IMG/VR virus record: IMGVR_UViG_3300021399_000116
Coordinates: 40,796-104,795 of that record
Strand: one strand, 5' to 3'
Origin: a virus
Taxonomy: Duplodnaviria > Heunggongvirae > Uroviricota > Caudoviricetes
DNA length: 64,000 bases
The notes beneath the pieces are model-generated. The model ran no database searches. It saw only the letters and a list, made by a program, of their open reading frames with translations, and was not told the DNA's origin. Below, one piece after another: positions 1 to 9,922 of the stretch. Position 1 is the stretch's first letter. The number at the start of each line of letters is the position of its first letter. The translations under genes and the position numbers were made by a program.

Positions 1-412
1 AGGAAATTCATCTGGACCTCACCTACATTTTCAAGTAGGTAGTGCTTATGGAGAAGCTGCACATGCTAAATATTATACAAATTATGTTAGAAGTGCAAAT
101 GGAGCAGCTGCACAGGCAGGTGTTTCTGGTACTGTTAAAAAAGAGGATAATACTATAGCAGGCAATAGTTCTATGAGTGGTGAAAGGTCTGGTCTAGCTA
201 AAGTAAATACTACTGGACATAGAGCAATTCCTGGTATCGGAGGAGCTGGCAATACTCCTGGAAATACTACAGACCGTATTGTAAACTCTATAGATGGAGT
301 ATCTGTAAAAATTATAAAATACTTAGATGAAATTAGAAAAGAACAAGAAGACCAGAGACAACTTATAAATGCTTTTAGCACTTCTCAACAAAGTATTATA
401 GACTATAGATAA
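1..412 (+). CDS. M23 family metallopeptidase domain protein, C-terminal part (5' end cut by the window edge)
   Basis: Open frame from position 2 to TAA at 410-412. Translation contains GPHLHFQVGSAYG, the HxH zinc site of M23/LytM peptidases. Its position just upstream of the baseplate genes suggests a tape-measure C-terminus or tail-associated lysin. Confidence 0.7.
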   Translation, partial: GNSSGPHLHFQVGSAYGEAAHAKYYTNYVRSANGAAAQAGVSGTVKKEDNTIAGNSSMSGERSGLAKVNTTGHRAIPGIGGAGNTPGNTTDRIVNSIDGVSVKIIKYLDEIRKEQEDQRQLINAFSTSQQSIIDYR

Positions 413-424
413 AGGAGGTAAAAA

Positions 425-1330
425 ATGAGTAGTAGAACAATGTATGTATATACACAATCTGGTAAAGGGTTAAATCTAAGAAGTGCTCCTAGTACTAGTA
501 GTAGAATTATCACTAGCTTTAAAGTGGGTACTGCTTTGCTGGTTGAGACTGATATAAAAGAATTATTAAATCATCCAGGTTGGGTAAAAGTACTACACCC
601 TGCTAGTGGGTACTGTTCTTTACAGTACTTAAAACCTACTAAAATTACTACTTCTACAAAAAGTAATACTAGTTCTAATAAGAGTAATACATACACTTTA
701 AAGAATGTACATCATGGAGATATAATAAACATGCAAAACCAGTCATGGTATGACTGTTGGATAGATAATTTTGTAACTGAAGAACATATAATTTTACCTC
801 AAACTCCAGTAGGTTGGGGAGAAAATTATTCTGCAAATTATGCAAATCAAGAGATAATAGGAAGTAGTAGACCTAGGTTAATGTACACTGGAACTAGCTT
901 AAGAACTATGACTTTTAGTTTACAGAATTTAACCAGAGATTATTTACCTAGTGGATTTGAATCTTTAGTAGAGTACGTTCATAAACTTCAATCACTATGT
1001 TTTCCAGAGTATAGTTCTACTGGTGTAGTTACTGCTCCAGACTGTCACTTACAGATAGGAGACAGAGGTTTTAGAGGAATATTTACTAGTGTAAGTGTTA
1101 GCTGGGGAGATGAAGTTTATAACTCAGGAGATAATTATAAAATTTTAGGTAGCTCTGGGAATACTAGAGGTATCAATAAAAGTGCTACAGGAGCTTACAG
1201 TGGTACAGATAAAAAGAAGTGGAGAATAAAAGGTGGAGAAAGAATAAGATGCAACGTAGAACTTGCTTTTACAAACACAAGACTTGGAGATGAAATTCCT
1301 GGAGCTACTACAATAAGTTTAAAAGGATAG
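425..1330 (+). CDS. Tail/baseplate-associated protein with N-terminal SH3b-like domain
   Basis: RBS AAAGGAGGT 6 nt upstream of the ATG. The N-terminal 70 aa (GLNLRSAPSTSS...GWVKV...GYCSLQYL) match the bacterial SH3 pattern. It sits between the lysin genes and the baseplate genes. Confidence 0.4.
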   Translation: MSSRTMYVYTQSGKGLNLRSAPSTSSRIITSFKVGTALLVETDIKELLNHPGWVKVLHPASGYCSLQYLKPTKITTSTKSNTSSNKSNTYTLKNVHHGDIINMQNQSWYDCWIDNFVTEEHIILPQTPVGWGENYSANYANQEIIGSSRPRLMYTGTSLRTMTFSLQNLTRDYLPSGFESLVEYVHKLQSLCFPEYSSTGVVTAPDCHLQIGDRGFRGIFTSVSVSWGDEVYNSGDNYKILGSSGNTRGINKSATGAYSGTDKKKWRIKGGERIRCNVELAFTNTRLGDEIPGATTISLKG

Positions 1331-1411
1331 CGCTAGGATATAAAATTATATTAGAACAAAATAAAAATGCCTCAGAGGTCATTCTGAGGCTTCCTGAATA
1401 TAAGAAAAGAG

Positions 1412-3889
1412 GTGTTTTATTTGGGAAAAACAGCTGCAGTTCAAGTTTTAGTCACTATAAATGGTAAAACTGTTACTGTTGAAAATAATAAAAAGAATGT
1501 AGTATCTTTAAAAGTAAATAGAGTAATTGGAGACGTAGCCAATAAATTTACACTAGAATTATTTGATGAGACTGCGTGGAAACTAGAATCTGCCTTATAT
1601 AAAACTGGAAGTACTCCTATTTCCATACAGTATGGTGCTACTGGAGAATGGGCTTCTGGTAAATACTGCACATTTTCTGGCTTATGTACTAATTATAATT
1701 TAAGTTTTGTCGGTGCAGCTACTATGCTAAGCATAGAAGGAGTAGTTTATAATACAGCTGGTATAGAAGGGTCTAGTACAGCATCCTATTGGTTTAAAAA
1801 TGATACTATACAATGGGTAAGCACCGAAATAAAAACTCCATCTGAAGAAGATTTAGTAAGTCTTTATGGAAAGACAGAAGGAGAATCTGCTTATGCTCAA
1901 GGCTATAATAGTGCTAAGTTTAGAAAAAATTGTTCTATTGACGGAAGAGGAGTACAGAGTACTAATAATTCTGGAGTAATAATTCATGGTTTTGAAGATA
2001 TAGATAGTGCTACTGGAGATTACTATGATGATATATGTGCTAGAATAGAATGGATTCCTCCAGAAAGAAATGACGGAGTAAACTGGTATTATAGACCTAT
2101 AATAAATCCTACTAATATTTTTAAAAGAATTATTAGAAAATATAATGGAGAAATAGGAAATAATAATGCAACTGAAGCACAAACTCTTGGAAATACTATG
2201 GCGAAAGATGCAGATGTAAAAATAATGGGTAGTATCACTAGTTCTACAGTAGATACTATCAAAAAAGGTACTAAAATTAAAATAATAGAAGAAATAGGAA
2301 CTTACGTTAGAATAGAATATGGAGATAATAAGAAAGGATATGTTAGAAGAAGTACTATTACAGTTAAGAAAACAGCTGTTGGTTCTACTAGTGGTACTGG
2401 AAGATTTCAAATAGACCCTAAGAATGTAGATGATACACTTTGGATAGATGCTTCTGGGTATGGCGGTGTTTTAGGACAAACTGCATGTACAGCAGCAGAC
2501 TTTATAGTAAATACTTTATGTAAGATAGCTGTAAAACCGAAATCTAAATCTGCTGGATTTCATTATTTCTTAAAGAATGGTAAACATTGTTTTAAGGCAA
2601 TAGATTATTCAAAAGTAGATACAGCTAAAAGTATTAAGGCAGGCTATTATGTACAAGATAGTAATGTTATTTCTTTTAGTGTAAATCAGGTGGGTGCTAT
2701 GGTTATGGCTGGCGCAGAGACAGACCCAGAAACAAAAGAAGTACTAGTAGATGTTGCTTCTGTTGATTTATTAACTGGAGAGATAATTACTTCTGAAGGT
2801 TATTTTGCAGAAGGAAATTATATATCTGAAGAAAAAATGAATACTAAAGACAAAAGCAATTCTATAGAATGGAATAATAGAAAAGTGAGTTCTGCTAAAG
2901 TAGTTTCTAGTGGAACTAAGAACTTATTAGACGTCACTTGGAGTGATGTTTTTGATAAAATCTCAGACTTTACTATTTCAGCCTCACTAACCCTATGGGG
3001 AGAATACAACAACACTTACATTCCAGGAAATTACATAGATGTAACTGTAATGACTCCAGATGGACATAAACATTATTCTTCTGGTAATTACTTTATAATT
3101 TCTGCAGACGATAATGTTACTTCAGATGGATATACTACAACTTTAAAATTATTAAAAGGAACAGACAAAAGTAAGAAAACATTTAACTCTGATTTTACAG
3201 CTGAAAAAGTAAAACCAGGAAGCTTTGCTTATGGAGTAAATCCTTATGAAGATACTACAACGACTACAACTTCAATAGCCGGCAAGACTAAAAACTATGA
3301 TTCTCCTCAGTATGTATATACTCAACAGACTCATTTTGATATAAATGACTACAAGAAATTTTTAAGTGGTACAAAGCTATCTAAAGCTAAACAACAGTTT
3401 GTAGTTGATATGGGAGCTTTAGCTAGAAAATATTGGGAACCTTTTCATATTTATCCATCTAGTTTATTAGCTCAAGCTATATGTGAAAGTGCATGGGGAA
3501 CTTCTAACTTTGCTACTAAAAGAAACAACTTCTTTGGTATAGCAGCATTTGATAGTAATCCAGGAGCAGCCTATTCATTCGGTAGTATGGAAGAGTGTGT
3601 AGTTGCTTACTTCTTAAGAACTTATTGGAGTAGTACTGGAGGCGGAAGTAGCAAGATGGGAGAATACTATAACTATAAAGATGTAATAAGTGCTACAAAT
3701 TATTCAAAGCAAGTTAAAGCTATAGGATATTGTGGTTATGCATCTTCTACTAGTTATTATAAAACTTTAAATAGTTTGATAAATACTTATGATTTATACA
3801 AATGGAATGATGGACTACCAGAATTTAAGCCAGATACTAGTAAAAAAGGAAAATATAAGTGGAAAGACTTTTGGCCACCAAAATCATAG
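1412..3889 (+). CDS. Tail-associated peptidoglycan hydrolase with SH3b-like and GH73 glucosaminidase domains
   Basis: 825 aa, GTG start with RBS. Internal SH3b-like segment KIMGSITSSTVDTIKKGTKIKIIEEIGTYVRIEYGDNKKGYV. C-terminal LLAQAICESAWGTSNFATKRNNFFGIAAF matches the FlgJ/GH73 N-acetylglucosaminidase signature. Confidence 0.7.
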   Translation: MFYLGKTAAVQVLVTINGKTVTVENNKKNVVSLKVNRVIGDVANKFTLELFDETAWKLESALYKTGSTPISIQYGATGEWASGKYCTFSGLCTNYNLSFVGAATMLSIEGVVYNTAGIEGSSTASYWFKNDTIQWVSTEIKTPSEEDLVSLYGKTEGESAYAQGYNSAKFRKNCSIDGRGVQSTNNSGVIIHGFEDIDSATGDYYDDICARIEWIPPERNDGVNWYYRPIINPTNIFKRIIRKYNGEIGNNNATEAQTLGNTMAKDADVKIMGSITSSTVDTIKKGTKIKIIEEIGTYVRIEYGDNKKGYVRRSTITVKKTAVGSTSGTGRFQIDPKNVDDTLWIDASGYGGVLGQTACTAADFIVNTLCKIAVKPKSKSAGFHYFLKNGKHCFKAIDYSKVDTAKSIKAGYYVQDSNVISFSVNQVGAMVMAGAETDPETKEVLVDVASVDLLTGEIITSEGYFAEGNYISEEKMNTKDKSNSIEWNNRKVSSAKVVSSGTKNLLDVTWSDVFDKISDFTISASLTLWGEYNNTYIPGNYIDVTVMTPDGHKHYSSGNYFIISADDNVTSDGYTTTLKLLKGTDKSKKTFNSDFTAEKVKPGSFAYGVNPYEDTTTTTTSIAGKTKNYDSPQYVYTQQTHFDINDYKKFLSGTKLSKAKQQFVVDMGALARKYWEPFHIYPSSLLAQAICESAWGTSNFATKRNNFFGIAAFDSNPGAAYSFGSMEECVVAYFLRTYWSSTGGGSSKMGEYYNYKDVISATNYSKQVKAIGYCGYASSTSYYKTLNSLINTYDLYKWNDGLPEFKPDTSKKGKYKWKDFWPPKS

Positions 3890-3898
3890 GAGGTAAAG

Positions 3899-4657
3899 AT
3901 GTTTGATACTAATATAAATAACATACAAGCAGCTAATATGCAAAAGTTTGCGATGGAACATACAAAAGATTTAAGAGAAAAAATAAATTTTAATTCATTT
4001 TTTGTTGCTATAGTAATAGATACTAATGACCCTAATAGATTAGGTAGAGTTAAAATTAGAATACCAGCTATTCATGGTGCTAATAAAACTGAGTCTTATT
4101 ATGTAATTGATGACGGGTTACCTTGGGCTAGACCAGGTGTATTTAGTATGAGTGGTAATGATTATGGGCATTTTGCAATACCTCCTGCAGGAACTAGAGT
4201 ATTCGTGACTTTTGAGTATAATTCTCCAGAAAATCCTATCTATTTTGGAGGTATACCTACTTTAGCTGGTTCTACAGAAAAGCACTTTAATGACAATAGT
4301 AGTGTTTTTAATGGTAATCAAATATTAGTAGTAGACAATGACAGAATAAAATCAAATAGAGACAGTAATGTTTTATACACTGTATTTAAAAGTCCTAAGG
4401 GTACTACTATAGAAATAGATGACAAAGACGGACAAGAAGCAATAAGAATTATTTCAGCAGATGGACAGATTATAGAAATGGGAGTAAACGATGAAGAAAA
4501 AACTCCACTTCATAGAAGAGGTGGAGAAGAAGGTTCAGATAGTCCTACTAGATTTATGAGATTTACTACTGGTTCAGAGTCTATAGAAATAATAGATGGA
4601 GAAATAAATCTAAATGCTAAGAAAATTAAAATAAATGGAGTAGATGTAACTCCTTAG
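3899..4657 (+). CDS. Baseplate spike/assembly protein, gpV-like
   Basis: RBS GGAGGT. Motif RLGRVKIRIPAIHG...LPWARPGVFSMSG...PPAGTRVFVTFEYNSPENPIYFGG resembles the phage gpV/gp45 OB-fold spike, and the position is directly before the gpW-like gene. Confidence 0.55.
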   Translation: MFDTNINNIQAANMQKFAMEHTKDLREKINFNSFFVAIVIDTNDPNRLGRVKIRIPAIHGANKTESYYVIDDGLPWARPGVFSMSGNDYGHFAIPPAGTRVFVTFEYNSPENPIYFGGIPTLAGSTEKHFNDNSSVFNGNQILVVDNDRIKSNRDSNVLYTVFKSPKGTTIEIDDKDGQEAIRIISADGQIIEMGVNDEEKTPLHRRGGEEGSDSPTRFMRFTTGSESIEIIDGEINLNAKKIKINGVDVTP

Positions 4658-4730
4658 TAATAAATTATATTAAGAGCAAATTATAAATGTTTCTAGAGTC
4701 ATTCTGAAGACTTTGAGAAAGGAGATAATA

Positions 4731-5114
4731 ATGGCTTTAACTAAATTAGGAAAAACTTGGTATGATGCTAATATAATAGATAATGTTTTAGAAAATGATG
4801 AAATGGTAGTTACTTCTAGATACTCTACTAAAACTAATCTACTTAGAAAAGACGGAAATACAGTAATTAGAAATCTAAGAACTAGAGATTTTTACATACC
4901 TGAGTCAGATGAAGATACAGTACATAAGATAAAAGCTGGTGAAGAATTTAGACCTGATGTAGTTGCCTTTAATCAGTATGGAGATGCTTCTTTATACTGG
5001 GTAGTTCTATCAGCTAACAAAATGAAAGATATTTTTGAATTTAAGGCAGATAAAGTAATAAGACTTCCTGAAATAACTAGAGTTTATTCAAGCAACGGTG
5101 TTTTAGGAAAATAG
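4731..5114 (+). CDS. Small tail protein, gpX-like (LysM-like fold)
   Basis: The ORF track starts at 4713, but AAAGGAGA precedes the ATG at 4731. The C-terminal half (HKIKAGEEFRPDVVAFNQYGDASLYWVVLSANKM...IRLP) resembles the Phage_tail_X pattern. Assignment is weak. Confidence 0.35.
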   Translation: MALTKLGKTWYDANIIDNVLENDEMVVTSRYSTKTNLLRKDGNTVIRNLRTRDFYIPESDEDTVHKIKAGEEFRPDVVAFNQYGDASLYWVVLSANKMKDIFEFKADKVIRLPEITRVYSSNGVLGK

Positions 5115-5123
5115 AAAGGAGAG

Positions 5124-5543
5124 ATGAAATTGAGTGGTAAAGCTAATTTATACAACTCTTCTGGAATAGCCTTAGTACCTAGATTATTTAGTCCTTCTGG
5201 CGGTTTTAACAAGAAGAAAAATTTAGACAAGATAAATGAAAACATTAGAATTGCATTAATGACATCTAGAGGAACTCAGATAGGAGACCCTAGTTTTGGT
5301 TCTAATTTATATAGAATTTTAGGGTATGGTAAAACTACAGCTACAGCCTCTATGATAAGAACAGAAATACAATCTGTAATGTCAGATAGATTTCCAGAAC
5401 TTTCTTTGAATAGAATAGATGTAGATTTTGATGATGAAGGAGTCATAACTATCTATATAGTTTACTCTATAGAATACTCAAATGTTAATTCAAATGTAAC
5501 TTTAGAATTTATTAAAAATGAAGGAGGTTATACTTATGGCTAA
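5124..5543 (+). CDS. Baseplate wedge protein, gpW/gp25-like
   Basis: 139 aa. The DPSFGSNLYRILG motif is typical of the GPW/gp25 family, and the gene lies between the gpV-like and J-like genes. Confidence 0.65.
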   Translation: MKLSGKANLYNSSGIALVPRLFSPSGGFNKKKNLDKINENIRIALMTSRGTQIGDPSFGSNLYRILGYGKTTATASMIRTEIQSVMSDRFPELSLNRIDVDFDDEGVITIYIVYSIEYSNVNSNVTLEFIKNEGGYTYG

Positions 5544-7749
5544 TACAGTTGATGAAGCTTTAGACTATCAAGAAGAGTTGATTGAAGATATAAAGCATAC
5601 TTTAAGACTTAAAAAGTCCGGTTATTCAGATAATCCTGATGACCCTAATTATAGAAAACCTTATTTAGATGACTATGGAAATATATTAGAAACTCCTAAT
5701 GACTTAGGCAGTGTTTTATCAGTTTTAGATTTTATAGTAGAATATGCTAGGTCTAGAGAGAATGATGAACTTACTACATTAGCTAATGATTTAATAGAAC
5801 AGTGGTATAAAGTTTTTGAAATCAAAGACTCTGACAAAATAAAATTACCTTATAATAGAAAAGATTATTCTACAATTTTAGAGTATTTAAAACTTCAAGC
5901 AAAACAATTATCTAATGGAGAATGGGATGATTTTACAGATTCTGATATAGGAACAGTTTTATTAAAGTTAATGTCATTCTTAGCAGATATGGAGAACTAT
6001 AATGTAGATAAATCTATTGCAGAACTATATTTATCTACCTGTACAGAGAGGTCATCTGCATTACTTCTTTGTAAGTTAATAGGTTATAAGCCAAGACATT
6101 ATATGTCTGCTGTAACTACGATAAATTTAGGACCAGTAGAAGAAACTAATAATGTAGGAGAAATAGCTCCAGCATATATAGAAGATGGAACTATATTCCC
6201 TGCTGGTTCAACTTTTACAACTACTTCAGGACTTACTTTTACTACACTAAGAGATTATGAACTAGTAGAAGGCTACTGTACTTTGAAAGCTTATGAAGGT
6301 ACTTTAAAGACTGAAAGTTTTGCTTTATCAGATGTGTCTGAATTAGGAAGAATAGTACTTCCAGATTATGAAATTGCATTTAATACAGTTAAACTATTTA
6401 TAAATAATGAAGAATACACTCAAGTAGAAGATGTAGTAGTTAATACTGGAGATTTAGAATTTTCGGTACACTGCAATGAAGAAAGAGAAATTTACATACA
6501 ATTACCTAGTTTCTGGTCAGATATTTTAACTACTGCTAGTACTATAAAAGTTACTTATCTTCTAAGTAATGGAAAAGAAGGAAGAGTTGGAGCCGGTAAA
6601 GTAGTAGCATTTAACAGTGCTTGTACTGCTTCATCTTCAATAGAAATAATTTCTAATAGTAACTCAGTTGAAGGATATGACCCAGAAACTATTGCTGAAA
6701 TAAAAAGAAATGCTCCACTTTTTGCTAAAACTATGGATACTATAGTAACTATAAAAGACTTTGAGGATGTAGGCGGATTAGTAGATGGAATATCTGGTAT
6801 AAGAGCTTTAGATTATAATGACCCAGCATCTGGATTAATGCAACCTACGGCTGGACCTGGCGGATATGTAAATGACGCTTATAAAGTCAACATATATGTT
6901 TTACCGGACTGTAATGAGTGGGATGAAAATGAACCAGACAATAATTACTATAGAAATACAATTATAAAACGTAGACAAGATTGGGAATGGGATGATTTAC
7001 AATATGTAGCTGAAGAAGTAGAATATGTTTCACAGTCTCACGTAAATAACAATACTATAGTATTAGAAGGATTAGGAGCTAGCTATACTGACAAAGATGA
7101 CATAGTTTTAGGAGTAGACACTAGTAAAACAGCAACAAGTTTTTTGGCAACTTATGTAGAAGATAGTGATTCTTTGAACTCTGTTATTGGAGTTGCATAT
7201 ACTATAGATATTGTTGCAGATAATATAATAATCACTTTAAATGATAAATGGAGAGAGTATATGCCTACTACAACTTCTAAGTTTGATATATTCTTTAAGC
7301 AAGAACAAATTTTAACAGAAGCTGGTAGAAATCTTAAAAATACTATTACTAAGAAAAGACTACATTCTCTATGGATTACTTACTATGATGTAGATATAAT
7401 ACAACCTGAGATTGTTGTAGAAGTCTATATGGATAGTAGAAATACAGAATTTGAAAATGTAGCAGCTCAAGTAAAAGATTTAATATTAAAGCAATATTCT
7501 AGAGAATACTTAAAAGTAGGAGAACCAATATTTGCTAGTGTAATAGGTTCTAACATTTTAGATAATTTCGATTACATTAGATATGTAGAAGTTGGATTAC
7601 CTACTACTCAAGATGATTTGATAGAAGCTTTACCTAATGAATTTATAGATATAATACCACCTAATGTAAAAGTTTCTGCAATAGATTATAGAAATAAAAC
7701 TGCAGAAGCTGCTAACAGTACATACTACATAAGTTACAATCAAAATTAA
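5518..7749 (+). CDS. Baseplate J-like protein (large, possibly a J/I fusion)
   Basis: 743 aa ORF overlapping the gpW-like gene by 26 nt. It is called from position in the V-W-J order and from its size; no sharp motif was recognised. Confidence 0.5.
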   Translation: MKEVILMANTVDEALDYQEELIEDIKHTLRLKKSGYSDNPDDPNYRKPYLDDYGNILETPNDLGSVLSVLDFIVEYARSRENDELTTLANDLIEQWYKVFEIKDSDKIKLPYNRKDYSTILEYLKLQAKQLSNGEWDDFTDSDIGTVLLKLMSFLADMENYNVDKSIAELYLSTCTERSSALLLCKLIGYKPRHYMSAVTTINLGPVEETNNVGEIAPAYIEDGTIFPAGSTFTTTSGLTFTTLRDYELVEGYCTLKAYEGTLKTESFALSDVSELGRIVLPDYEIAFNTVKLFINNEEYTQVEDVVVNTGDLEFSVHCNEEREIYIQLPSFWSDILTTASTIKVTYLLSNGKEGRVGAGKVVAFNSACTASSSIEIISNSNSVEGYDPETIAEIKRNAPLFAKTMDTIVTIKDFEDVGGLVDGISGIRALDYNDPASGLMQPTAGPGGYVNDAYKVNIYVLPDCNEWDENEPDNNYYRNTIIKRRQDWEWDDLQYVAEEVEYVSQSHVNNNTIVLEGLGASYTDKDDIVLGVDTSKTATSFLATYVEDSDSLNSVIGVAYTIDIVADNIIITLNDKWREYMPTTTSKFDIFFKQEQILTEAGRNLKNTITKKRLHSLWITYYDVDIIQPEIVVEVYMDSRNTEFENVAAQVKDLILKQYSREYLKVGEPIFASVIGSNILDNFDYIRYVEVGLPTTQDDLIEALPNEFIDIIPPNVKVSAIDYRNKTAEAANSTYYISYNQN

Positions 7750-7756
7750 TTTTTTG

Positions 7757-7787
7757 AGACTCTAGAAAATTTTCTAGAGTCTTTTTC
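7757..7787 (+). terminator. Rho-independent terminator after the baseplate module
   Basis: Perfect 26-nt palindrome AGACTCTAGAAAA/TTTTCTAGAGTCT (13-bp arms) followed by TTTTC, 8 nt after the stop of the J-like gene. Confidence 0.65.
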
Positions 7788-7808
7788 ATGTCTTACAATT
7801 TAATTTCA

Positions 7809-7863
7809 TTTAATCTCATTTTAAATTTCTACAGATTTTGTTTAATCTCATTTAATCTCATTT
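7809..7863. repeat. Direct repeats (iterons) TTTAATCTCA x3, plus a partial fourth copy near 7927
   Basis: Copies at 7809-7818, 7841-7850 and 7851-7860, each followed by a T run, with AATCTCAGA at 7927. They lie in a 473-bp non-coding gap upstream of gene 8223. Confidence 0.6.
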
Positions 7864-8222
7864 TTTAAATTTTTGCTCACACTTTTAATTCTGTAAAATC
7901 TGAGAAATGTTATACTAAACCAGCACAATCTCAGACTAACTTTCTTCATTTTCATTTTAAATCAGCGAAGAATAAACCGACCGCCTTAAATTATATTGGG
8001 AGTGTGAATACTTCTCTTAAAATTTTTCGTTGAAAACATTTTATGGTAACATTTATTAACTCAAGTTTTAACTTCTGTTTTTATTTCTCAGTCTGTACGC
8101 GCACGCGCGCGAGTAAAATCTGTGATTTAGAACATTTCGATATAAATTATTTTAGAAGAAAAATCGAAAAACTTACATAATATAATTAAGATATAAGTTA
8201 AAAAGAAAAAGAGGCAATAACT

Positions 8223-9896
8223 ATGAAGAAAATAAAAAAGAAAGGAAATATTCTTTGGTTTGCACTACAATATGCAGAACCTCACTGTGAAATATCTAGA
8301 AATGGTGAAATAGTTGATGGTTATTTATTACAGTTTTATAGCCCTAAAACTTGTAATGAGTGGAATATGTTTGTAGAAAAAGATGAGTATGAGAAAAAAG
8401 AAGCTAAAAGAAGAAAATATAGTAGAGGTGTCTTAGACCGTAGTTCTAGAGAATACAAAGAAAGAGGAGAACAAATAGAAGAGCAAAGAAGAAAAGCTAG
8501 AGCTAAAAAAGCAGAGAAAAGAAGGTTAGCTAAGGAAAGAAGAGAAAGTGTGTCTGAAGAAAAAAGAAAATACTATGCAGATGTTAGAGAAAGATATTTG
8601 TGTAAAAAACTTGGCATTACTTCTTTAAAAGAAAGCAATGAATATTATAGACATGGAAATCATATAAGAAGATATAAAACTAAAAAACACAATGTAAAAG
8701 CTAGAGAAAGATATTATAAAAATAGAAAACCTTCTAATGTGTCTAAGGACTATAGCTTTATAATATCAGACAAACAAGAAGATGGCACTTTAGTCTTTAA
8801 TTCTAAAAAAGCAGAGACATTTGCAAAACAAATAGAATTACAATTTTTATGGAAGAAGACTACTATTAATTTCACTGACACAGATGGTTTAGATAGAATT
8901 GCAAGAGAGCCTAATGACATAGTTCCTCTAATTTTAGAAAACAGAGTAGACTTATCTAAAGGACTTTATTTTTCACAATATATACACATGAATATAAGTA
9001 GAACTAACCCTAAATATTATACTCATGATGACATAGACCTTTATCATGAAGTAAAAAGATATATGAGAAAAGGTTGTAAAGTTATTTTTTACATTAAACA
9101 TAAAGACCAGAAACAAGTTATTTTTGATACTGATAAATTAAGTCTATTTAAGAAAGTAATTGATTGGAATAGAGATGTAAGAGTAATAAGTAAATATCCT
9201 ATTAGAATAAAGTCTAAAAGATGGAACCTAGAAAGAGGTGGAGCTTGGAAGGATTTATCTAGATTAGTTTCTTTAGAACATGCAGAAAAATTCAAAAGTG
9301 AAACTTACTTTAGAAAACCTCTAAAAGATGCAGGAATAGTTAAATCTTGGGTAGACTTAGCTGCCTTTGAAAGAGGAGATAGAGCAGTACACGGCACAAT
9401 AAGAAGATTCAGTAAATTCTCTTATGATAAATGTCAAAAAGCATTAAAAGGAGAAACTATAAAATTAATTCTAAAGAAATTTCCAGATTTAATATTAAAC
9501 ACTACTCCTTCGCTAGAGAAATTTTATAGTTATATAGAAGACTCATTGAGAACATCTAGATTTCAACATAGGCTTACTAAAGTAGTTCAATCTTTTATAG
9601 CTTATATCTATGAAACTATGCTTAAAAATACTGGTATATTTAAGCAATTAACTACTAGAAAAGAGAGTGCTAAAGATTATTTAATGTATCTAAGAGATAC
9701 AGATTATAGTGAAAACGGGCATAACTATATACAAGGAAATAAAAATCCTACTCCAATAACATTTTACAGTTCAATTACTAAGCTTAAGGAAAGAGCTAGA
9801 AATATAAGAAATGGGTATGAGAAGGATATTTATGAAAAGTACATGACTGATAGAAGACTGTGGCATGCTTATGAGAAAGATGAGTGTGAAGCATAA
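8223..9896 (+). CDS. Hypothetical protein with a Lys/Arg-rich N-terminal region (weak candidate replication initiator or DNA-binding protein)
   Basis: 557 aa and the first gene after the iteron region. Residues about 55-170 are very basic (EKKEAKRRKYSRG...RKARAKKAEKRRLAKERRES). No catalytic motif was recognised. Confidence 0.45.
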   Translation: MKKIKKKGNILWFALQYAEPHCEISRNGEIVDGYLLQFYSPKTCNEWNMFVEKDEYEKKEAKRRKYSRGVLDRSSREYKERGEQIEEQRRKARAKKAEKRRLAKERRESVSEEKRKYYADVRERYLCKKLGITSLKESNEYYRHGNHIRRYKTKKHNVKARERYYKNRKPSNVSKDYSFIISDKQEDGTLVFNSKKAETFAKQIELQFLWKKTTINFTDTDGLDRIAREPNDIVPLILENRVDLSKGLYFSQYIHMNISRTNPKYYTHDDIDLYHEVKRYMRKGCKVIFYIKHKDQKQVIFDTDKLSLFKKVIDWNRDVRVISKYPIRIKSKRWNLERGGAWKDLSRLVSLEHAEKFKSETYFRKPLKDAGIVKSWVDLAAFERGDRAVHGTIRRFSKFSYDKCQKALKGETIKLILKKFPDLILNTTPSLEKFYSYIEDSLRTSRFQHRLTKVVQSFIAYIYETMLKNTGIFKQLTTRKESAKDYLMYLRDTDYSENGHNYIQGNKNPTPITFYSSITKLKERARNIRNGYEKDIYEKYMTDRRLWHAYEKDECEA

Positions 9897-9922
9897 TATA
9901 ATTAGGAAAGGAGGAAAGTAGA

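Noticed and set aside
8223-9896. DNA polymerase or reverse transcriptase
   Set aside because: No DxD/YxDD, Kx3NSxYG or other polymerase motifs were found. Only a basic low-complexity segment stands out.
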